The translations under genes were made by a program, and so were the position numbers. 64,000 bases of DNA from an uncultured virus (IMG/VR IMGVR_UViG_3300031951_000061) (taxonomy: Duplodnaviria > Heunggongvirae > Uroviricota > Caudoviricetes), in the IMG/VR virus record IMGVR_UViG_3300031951_000061, one strand, 5' to 3'. Of the stretch, positions 56,881 to 64,000 are shown in pieces. The number at the start of each line of letters is the position of its first letter. Position 1 is the first letter of the stretch. Under the pieces are notes generated by a model that worked only from the letters and a program-made list of their open reading frames with translations, was not told the DNA's origin and searched no databases.

Positions 56881-59800
56881 TATACTCTTTGCCCCCTAAT
56901 TCTTTGTGAGTCAACATTTTTAATTTCTCTCATTACTGCTCTAGCAATATCATTTGGATTTGAGTTAGTTCCACTAATATTAAAGCCTAAGTTATAATTA
57001 TACACTGCCGTTGAGTTATCGCTCATAGATGTTGAAACATTATTAACTGGAACTTGTGCACCAACCCTGTTACCAATCATTGATGGATATTTTGACTCGT
57101 TTAACATTGATAGCAATGGACCAAATTGCTCAGTTGCTCTTCTATTCATTACAAACTCTCCAGGAGTAAGCATTGCTGGCACGGTATCAGAACCTATACC
57201 ACCACCACGAGCAAGGTATTTAGGAACCATTCCACCCATGTTCATTGACTTAATTTTGCCACCATACATTTTTCCTGGTATTTTAATTATTTGTCCTGGT
57301 TTAATTAAATTAGGATTAGTAATTTGTGGATTGGCTTTAATTACATCTGAAAGGCTAACTCCTGCTGCCTTTGCAATTCCACTTAATGTATTACCAGACT
57401 TTACAGTGACGGTTGATCCCGCACCTGTACCAGTGACTGTGCCAGTTCCTGTGCCAGTTCCTGTGCCAGGTCCTGCTCCAGACACAAGACCTGATAATGA
57501 GGCTAAAGACTTTTGAGCGGTAACAGCATCTGAAAGTGATTTTGCAAGTGCTGCAGCAGATCCTGCTTGACTTAAAAGTTGATTGCTAAATGGAATGCCT
57601 GCTTTTTCTGCTGCATCAATAAGTCCAGCAAGACTATCTATCTCTGTTCTGGTTTGTCCAGCATAGTAAGCGCCATTTTTTAATGCATCAACTTGAGAAT
57701 TTAATGCTTGAATGTTTCTATTAATTGAATCAATAGTGCTTTCAATTGTGTCTTTCTTTTGTTGTAAGGTTAGTAATGATCCTCTTTCAATTGTATTAAT
57801 TTCTAATTGAAGTTTTTTATTTTGCTTTTCAATTTCAACTCTTCCAAGTGCTTTTATTTGAGCATCACGAGTAATAGTTAAAGCCTCTTTTTGTCCAGTT
57901 ACAGCAGAGGCTGCATTTTCTGCTCTTGCTTCTTGAGCAAGTTGTGCAGCAGCAGATATATCTCCACGAGTAAGTGCATCAGCAATAGAAAGTCTTTGTT
58001 TTTGAATATTTGCAATATTTTGATTAAGGGTTGCAATTTTATCTAAAGATTCTATTTGTGTATTATATTTTTCATTAATTGCATCTTCTTGTAAAGATAT
58101 TGATTCAAGAGCAAAGTTATTTGCATCAATAACAGCCTGAATTGGTTTAATTTGAGAATCTGTAATTTTTTGAATTTCATTATTTACGTTTTGCAAATTT
58201 TGTTCTTGAACCTTTAAAGCATCATTTTCTGCCTTTATTCTTGATGCAAACTGAACATCAATTAATTTTTCTCTAAGTTCTGCCTGTGCTTGATACTGCT
58301 CCAATTGCTTTTTAAACAAATTTGGCTTTTCCATATATTTTAATTCAGCATCAGTTTGTCCCTTGATTGCTGCTTTATATTCGTTAATTAATGCAATAAT
58401 TTGTGTTAACGATTTACCTTTACTATTTGCAATAACAAGAGATGCTATTTCTGCATCATTTGCTAATTCTGTTGCAGTTGCCTCATCAACTTTTGCATTA
58501 CGTAATATAATATATGCCTTAGTTTGATTTTGAATTGCTTTAATTCTTTCTTTTAATGGATTTGTTTTTCCATCAGCAGCGGCTGCTGCTTCGCTAGCCT
58601 TTACTGCGTCATAAACTGCCTTTGTTGATTTTTTAGCAGCCTCAATTAAAGCATTTATTCTTGCTTCTGTTTGTCCTGAAGCATATAGGTTGGGGTTTCC
58701 ACTATCTGTTCTTAAATATTCATTAAGTAACTCTACAGGAATTATTGCACCAAACATTGCAGCCTCTAATAATTTTGTCTTTTTGGCTAAATTTTCAGTT
58801 TGCATTGCTGCAATTGCAACAGGATCTTTTAAGTCTTTTAATGCGCTATTTAATAAAGCAATTTTAACTCGTGAATCTGGTGTGCTGGTATTAATTGTAT
58901 ACATTAATGAGTTATATGATTTTTCTACGTCTTGTACACTTATTTTTCCATTTTCTCTTAATAATGTAACACTCTTTAAAAATGAATTAATTCCTGCTGC
59001 AACATTGTCAACTGCTGTCTGAAAACCTTTTAATGGAACAACTGATATAATTTGATCAAATTTTTGAGTGTCGGGATTAAACACTTCTGTAATTATTTTT
59101 CTAAACCTTTTACTTTCAGCAAATTTTCCTAAATCAGCCAATTGTTCTTTTAGGCCATCCATAATATTTTTATTCAAAGCGTCAATTTTGATATCTTTAA
59201 ATAATAAATTTAAATTTTGCTTTCCTGCTTGTTGCTGAAGTGCTGAAATAATAATATTTATTTGTTCTTCAGAATAACCTGTAGCCAATAATTCTTGTGC
59301 TCTAATAAATAATGCTGTTCTTGCTGCATTGTCTGTTTGTTCACTTAAACTTTTTATACTACTTTCATAATTATTCTTAAACTCGTCAGAATCTATAAAC
59401 TGATTAACCTTATCTCTAAAATTTGGAGTCTTTGCTGTTGCTGCAGTTGCTCTAGAGCCAGTTTCTAAAGCACCCTTTTTACGAACAACTCCAAAATAAT
59501 CAGCAGTGGCTTTTGCTTGTTTTTCGGTTATTGTTAATGCATCTTTAAATGATAAAAGTTTTCTTCTTGTTTCTTCTTGTGATTTTCTATACATTGAAAA
59601 TCCAGTAACTAGTGCGGTTATGCCAACAGAAATAAGTCCAAATTTAAGTTTACCAAAATTTGAAATAATTTGTAATATTTTTGATCCAGTTAGCAATTGA
59701 AGTATTGACGATAAAGCAAATAATGGACCAGTTAAAGTAAATATTATTTGAGAGAATTTTCCTAGGTTTCCGCCAGCCATTGAAGCAACACCAGATAAAG

Positions 59801-62800
59801 CAGATAGTGCAAATGTGCCACTCATAAATGCTTTATTTAATGAATTCATTCTTTGATTAGTAATTGCTATTTTTTGTTGTTGTTTTTTCATTAAATCTCT
59901 CATAGCATCTTCTTCATACGCTGCATTTAAAACAGACATTGGAACACCTGGTTTTGGTGCATTTGCTGCTACGAATCCTGGTTGTCCTGCTGATTGAAAT
60001 GTAACTGGTGGGACTGCGCCTTTAACTCCACCTATTGCAGCATTTCCTAATTGAGATCCAACTAAAGCAACGTCGTCTTGCCTGCTCTTCATTCCTTCTT
60101 CAAGACCACGACCAACATCTTCGCCAATTCTTCTTGTTTTTCTTGATGCTGATGCAGTTCCTGCTGCCTTGGCAGTTGCGTTAACTGCTGATGTACCAAC
60201 CATCTCTCCAACTTTGGCTGCTTCTATAATAAATTCTTTTTTAAATGCTGTAAGGTCATTTCTCATTCTTGACAAAGTTACTTTAGCATCTGCAGACATC
60301 TTGTTATATATATCTGCTGCTTGTTTACTGCTGAGGTCTAATTCTTTAGCAATACTATTTGTAACAACAAATCTACTAGATTGTGCATATGGAATGTTTT
60401 CAGCACCAACCATCTGCCCTTGCATTTTTCTATATTGACTTGGAGTTCTTTGCGTACTCTTTTTTTGTTTGATATAAGATTCTTCTGTTATTGGAATTCT
60501 TGATCCTCTAACTCCTGCTCTATCTGGACTAAAGACACTTGAGACCTGCTTCATGTTGTTGTATGCTTTTTCAACACGAGCATCTGTTTTTGCTACTTCT
60601 TCATAAGCCTTTCTTAAAAGATTATTTAGTTCTTCAGAGGTAATTTCTGTTTTATCTCCTAAAGCATCAAAACCTATAATAATTTCATCTGTTATTTGTT
60701 TATTTATTAATTTAAATTCATCAATAGATGTTCCAGACTGTACTAATTGTCTTTGTAACTCTATGTCTCGTGTTTCAGCAAATCCTGCACCAACTAAATT
60801 TTGTTTAACTTTTTGTGTGCTTGCTTTTCCTTGTGTTTGCATTAATCTATTTATTTCAGTAAACTGTGCAACCACCTGATTGTCAAAAGTTGTGAATACT
60901 CTAGTTAATCCATTTTCAAAAGACGCAACCATTTTTCTAATATTTCTAGCAGCGGATGTTTCTAGTCCTTCAACCATTGAAAATAGTTCTGCACCAGTTC
61001 TAGAACTTTTTGTTCCAAAGTGTGATACATCCATTCCACCTGGAACATCAACCGCTGTTCCTAAACTTCTTCCTTTTTGATATCCAGGAATATTGTCTGC
61101 AATCATTCCTTGAATTAGTGGAGCATATTTCTTTGTCATGTCTGCTGGAATAACTGATTCTCCTGGAGATAGCATTGCTGGAACTATATCCCCTGCTCCT
61201 TTTGGTCCAGGAACTGAAACAATACCACTTGCTAATTTTCTAGCACCTCTTCCTGGCATCATCATTCCAGGATTATTCATTGCAAAGTTTCTTGCTGCTC
61301 CTGCTGCAGAGTTATATGCTGCAATAAGTTTAGTGATTTGTGCCGTTTCTGCTGTAAAGGTTTGAGTTAGTGTAGCGTGTGTTTGATTAAGAGAATGGGC
61401 TGCTGCTGCTGCATCTAACTGCTCACTTGTCATATACTGGGTTTGCTCTCCAAGTATTTGTGTTTGACCAGTTAATCTTTGATACCCGCCACGTAATGTT
61501 AAAAATAGTTTAATGATATTTGCTATACCGTTTGCAAGCAAACCAAATGTCATAAGAAGGACAGGGCCTACTGCTCCAATACCTACTGTTAGTAAAGTAA
61601 TAAGTCTTTTAGTTCCATCTGAAAGATTAGAAAATTTTTCTAATATATTTCCAACAAATTCTACAATTGGTGTTACTGCTTCTAAAAATGCCTTGCCAAC
61701 TGGTATAAGGGAAACCTTTAAGTCTTCAACTGTTTTTCTAAATTTATTCATTGCAGAGTCTGCTGTCATGCCTAATTCTTGCTCAGACAGAGCAGATAGT
61801 TCTTCTACTGAGGCATTTGCTAAATCAAGAACACGGGCAGCCTGGTTTCCATCTCTGGCTACGTTAGCAAACAATGTTGACAAACGAGCAAATTGAAACT
61901 TACCAAACATTTGTTCAATTGCTCTTGCTCTAGAAAGTGGATCTAAAGCATTTAAAGCATTTGCAAATTCTACAACTGTTGCTTTTAAATTTCCTTTATT
62001 TTTTTCAACAATTGCAGTTGCATTAATACCGAACCTTGCAAGCATGTCTGATGCTTTTTCAGTTGGATTAATTAATGCTGCAAGACCTGACTTTAATGCG
62101 TTAGCGCCTTCTGATGCATTAATACCGCCTTCTTTCATAGCAGCCATAAAGAATGTTAAGTCTTTTACATCTCCACCCAATTGTTGAATAACTGGTGCTA
62201 CCTTTGGAATAGCAGTAGTGATATCATCAAGAGATACAACTGTTTGGTTTTCTACTGCGTTTAAAAAGTTAATAGAATCTGCAAGTCTGTCAGATGACAT
62301 ACCAAAGGCATTTTGTAAAGAAATAGTTGTTTCAAGTGCTTTTTGACTATCAACTTGACCAAGAATAGAAAGTCGTGTTGCTTCTGTTGTTTGACGTTGT
62401 AAATCTAGTCCTTGGAAGCCTGCTGCTGCAGCCTCTGCTGCTAATCCAACAGTAGTAGAAACTGCTACGCCATACTTTGTAAACTGCTTTCCTAATTCTG
62501 TAATATTATCTAGTGCTGCCTGTGTTTCTGCCTGTGGTGTAAATAAGTCTCCATAAACTTTTCTAAATCTAAGTGCCTGTGCTTCCATGTCCATAAATGT
62601 TTTGGTTGCTGCTGTGCCTACTGCCATCAATGGTAATGTAAAACCAACCATTAACTGACGACCAGCCCATTGTGTATTCTTACCAAAATTTAAAAGATTG
62701 GTGGAACCCTGCTTCATTAATTGATTAAATAATGCCTGCTTCTGTGCTGCTATTTGAACTCTAGTTGTATAATCATCCATGTTCAACTGAGTTGGCATAA

Positions 62801-63230
62801 CAGCCATTGCTTTCATTGCACCGTTAGTATCACGGCCCATCTTAATATATTGTGTTTGTAGTCTTTTTACACGTTCTTCGGCTACCTTGCCAATTGTGTC
62901 AAACTCTGACCTAAATAATCTACCAAATGTTTTTGTAGATGCTCCCGCATAGCGGAAGTATTCCCGCATTGAAAATTTATTTTTTTCTAATGAGTCGGTA
63001 AATGATTCTGCAGATGTTTTAACTGTACGCATTTCGGCAGTAAATGAACCGATAGCGTTAATACTATTTAAAAGATTTTTCTGTAAGCCTCTTTGAGCAA
63101 GGGCTGCTGCTTCACTTGATTTGGCTATTGAGGTGTGAAACTGTGATATCTGACGTTGTAATGCTTTTAACTGTGCTAATGCATTAGACGAATCAATATT
63201 AATGTCAATATTAGCATTAACATCAGCCAT
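56880..63230 (-). CDS. tail tape measure protein with C-terminal LysM domain
   Basis: 2116 aa, Ala-rich helical TP901-like core; LysM VKSGNTLSGIA..NPNLIKPGQIIKIP. Confidence 0.92.
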   Translation of the reverse strand: MADVNANIDINIDSSNALAQLKALQRQISQFHTSIAKSSEAAALAQRGLQKNLLNSINAIGSFTAEMRTVKTSAESFTDSLEKNKFSMREYFRYAGASTKTFGRLFRSEFDTIGKVAEERVKRLQTQYIKMGRDTNGAMKAMAVMPTQLNMDDYTTRVQIAAQKQALFNQLMKQGSTNLLNFGKNTQWAGRQLMVGFTLPLMAVGTAATKTFMDMEAQALRFRKVYGDLFTPQAETQAALDNITELGKQFTKYGVAVSTTVGLAAEAAAAGFQGLDLQRQTTEATRLSILGQVDSQKALETTISLQNAFGMSSDRLADSINFLNAVENQTVVSLDDITTAIPKVAPVIQQLGGDVKDLTFFMAAMKEGGINASEGANALKSGLAALINPTEKASDMLARFGINATAIVEKNKGNLKATVVEFANALNALDPLSRARAIEQMFGKFQFARLSTLFANVARDGNQAARVLDLANASVEELSALSEQELGMTADSAMNKFRKTVEDLKVSLIPVGKAFLEAVTPIVEFVGNILEKFSNLSDGTKRLITLLTVGIGAVGPVLLMTFGLLANGIANIIKLFLTLRGGYQRLTGQTQILGEQTQYMTSEQLDAAAAAHSLNQTHATLTQTFTAETAQITKLIAAYNSAAGAARNFAMNNPGMMMPGRGARKLASGIVSVPGPKGAGDIVPAMLSPGESVIPADMTKKYAPLIQGMIADNIPGYQKGRSLGTAVDVPGGMDVSHFGTKSSRTGAELFSMVEGLETSAARNIRKMVASFENGLTRVFTTFDNQVVAQFTEINRLMQTQGKASTQKVKQNLVGAGFAETRDIELQRQLVQSGTSIDEFKLINKQITDEIIIGFDALGDKTEITSEELNNLLRKAYEEVAKTDARVEKAYNNMKQVSSVFSPDRAGVRGSRIPITEESYIKQKKSTQRTPSQYRKMQGQMVGAENIPYAQSSRFVVTNSIAKELDLSSKQAADIYNKMSADAKVTLSRMRNDLTAFKKEFIIEAAKVGEMVGTSAVNATAKAAGTASASRKTRRIGEDVGRGLEEGMKSRQDDVALVGSQLGNAAIGGVKGAVPPVTFQSAGQPGFVAANAPKPGVPMSVLNAAYEEDAMRDLMKKQQQKIAITNQRMNSLNKAFMSGTFALSALSGVASMAGGNLGKFSQIIFTLTGPLFALSSILQLLTGSKILQIISNFGKLKFGLISVGITALVTGFSMYRKSQEETRRKLLSFKDALTITEKQAKATADYFGVVRKKGALETGSRATAATAKTPNFRDKVNQFIDSDEFKNNYESSIKSLSEQTDNAARTALFIRAQELLATGYSEEQINIIISALQQQAGKQNLNLLFKDIKIDALNKNIMDGLKEQLADLGKFAESKRFRKIITEVFNPDTQKFDQIISVVPLKGFQTAVDNVAAGINSFLKSVTLLRENGKISVQDVEKSYNSLMYTINTSTPDSRVKIALLNSALKDLKDPVAIAAMQTENLAKKTKLLEAAMFGAIIPVELLNEYLRTDSGNPNLYASGQTEARINALIEAAKKSTKAVYDAVKASEAAAAADGKTNPLKERIKAIQNQTKAYIILRNAKVDEATATELANDAEIASLVIANSKGKSLTQIIALINEYKAAIKGQTDAELKYMEKPNLFKKQLEQYQAQAELREKLIDVQFASRIKAENDALKVQEQNLQNVNNEIQKITDSQIKPIQAVIDANNFALESISLQEDAINEKYNTQIESLDKIATLNQNIANIQKQRLSIADALTRGDISAAAQLAQEARAENAASAVTGQKEALTITRDAQIKALGRVEIEKQNKKLQLEINTIERGSLLTLQQKKDTIESTIDSINRNIQALNSQVDALKNGAYYAGQTRTEIDSLAGLIDAAEKAGIPFSNQLLSQAGSAAALAKSLSDAVTAQKSLASLSGLVSGAGPGTGTGTGTGTVTGTGAGSTVTVKSGNTLSGIAKAAGVSLSDVIKANPQITNPNLIKPGQIIKIPGKMYGGKIKSMNMGGMVPKYLARGGGIGSDTVPAMLTPGEFVMNRRATEQFGPLLSMLNESKYPSMIGNRVGAQVPVNNVSTSMSDNSTAVYNYNLGFNISGTNSNPNDIARAVMREIKNVDSQRIRGQRV
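57423..57477 (-). repeat. 12-nt tandem repeat encoding a Gly-Thr linker
   Basis: CCAGTTCCTGTG-type units encoding GPGTGTGTGTGTVTGTG. Confidence 0.7.
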
Positions 63231-63252
63231 TTAGTTTCACACCTCTTTTAAA

Positions 63253-63582
63253 TTATTCAGCCATAGTTACGCCAAGAACGTCTGAAACTTCAGCAAGTTT
63301 AATACCTGATGCTGCTTCTACGATCTTGTAAACAGTTGGGAGATCAATATTCTCCTCTAGTTTCTTTACGTCTTCAGAGAGTTCTGGCTTGTATTGTTTC
63401 ATTGCAATCTGTACACATTCCATAAGAATGTCCATAGATTTCCCGTTATCTTCCGCCACTGCTCCCACACCCTCAAACTTCTTCATAAACGGACGAAGTA
63501 GAGAGATTTTTAGAGGACGTACTGTAACCTTTGTGCCATCAATCAATGTAAGAGTATTTTCCTCATACGTAGTTGTTGCCAT
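63253..63582 (-). CDS. tail assembly chaperone (G-like)
   Basis: Directly upstream of the TMP; VRPLKISLLRPF. Confidence 0.6.
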   Translation of the reverse strand: MATTTYEENTLTLIDGTKVTVRPLKISLLRPFMKKFEGVGAVAEDNGKSMDILMECVQIAMKQYKPELSEDVKKLEENIDLPTVYKIVEAASGIKLAEVSDVLGVTMAE

Positions 63583-63639
63583 TATTTCCTCCTATAGGTT
63601 ATGTCAATTATAGCACGGAGGTGCTAATTTTTTATTGTA

Positions 63640-63999
63640 TTATTTTGTTAAATCTTCGTACTCTAAGCCCATGCCAATACCAAACCCTGCACTCTTGGCA
63701 TTTTGACCTTGAAGAGCCAATATGTCTTTACTATCACTTGTTTTACCTTTACTAAATACCCTGGCTTTCATGTCTTCCCATTCTTTTTGACCCCTTGAAG
63801 ATCCAGACTGTTTATCTAAGTCTACCCCTTGAATTGCAGCAAGAAACTTTTTTTCTTCATAGTCAAGTTCTCTACGACTAGAAAGGGTTGCCATAAGTTC
63901 TGGCATAGATAGTGATTCTTCTAACTCTTTGTAATCTTTCCAAATACCTATTAGAAATACCTCAGCCTCAATTTTTGCTAAATCCAAGTCTGACCATGT
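63640..63999 (-). CDS. tail assembly chaperone-like protein (T-like), 5'-truncated by the window edge
   Basis: Frame open to the edge; WKDYKELEESLSMPEL; position before the TMP. Confidence 0.55.
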   Translation of the reverse strand, partial: TWSDLDLAKIEAEVFLIGIWKDYKELEESLSMPELMATLSSRRELDYEEKKFLAAIQGVDLDKQSGSSRGQKEWEDMKARVFSKGKTSDSKDILALQGQNAKSAGFGIGMGLEYEDLTK

Positions 64000-64000
64000 G

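Noticed and set aside
28642..61896. Many + strand ORFs of 60-190 aa opposite long genes
   Set aside because: Antisense shadows of well-supported - strand genes, without motifs
1..64000. Stop-codon reassignment, diversity-generating retroelement or integrase
   Set aside because: Genes are intact in the standard code, both tRNAs are ordinary, and no reverse transcriptase or recombinase motif was found

Overview
AT-rich segment of a large tailed-phage genome, most likely a siphovirus-type phage of freshwater Actinomycetota. The host inference rests on WhiB, leaderless extended -10 promoters and a host-type surface protein. Layout: (1) 1-14.2 kb, mostly + strand: motif-rich non-coding DNA, micro-ORFs, an SGNH hydrolase, a cytochrome P450 and a 10-gene glycosylation cluster. 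(2) 14.2-64 kb, - strand; in transcription order: tail chaperones, tape measure and tail-tip genes; DnaB, primase, SSB, DnaE, RecA, Cas4-like and RuvC-like nucleases; terminase; two large surface proteins; a CHAP endolysin; a proteasome-beta/HslV-like protease; tRNA-Gly and tRNA-Glu; Hsp20, thermonuclease, thioredoxin, WhiB and a methyltransferase. Most notable: five close plus two distant paralogs of an uncharacterised dUTPase-fold-like family inserted singly between core genes; a small pseudoknot RNA motif present twice with compensatory base changes; a candidate promoter-driven ncRNA; a ROSE-like RNA thermometer on hsp20; a CAAACCTT octamer array; a phage P450; and a glycosyltransferase with a bL31-like zinc ribbon. 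All family calls come from motif recognition by eye; no searches were run.
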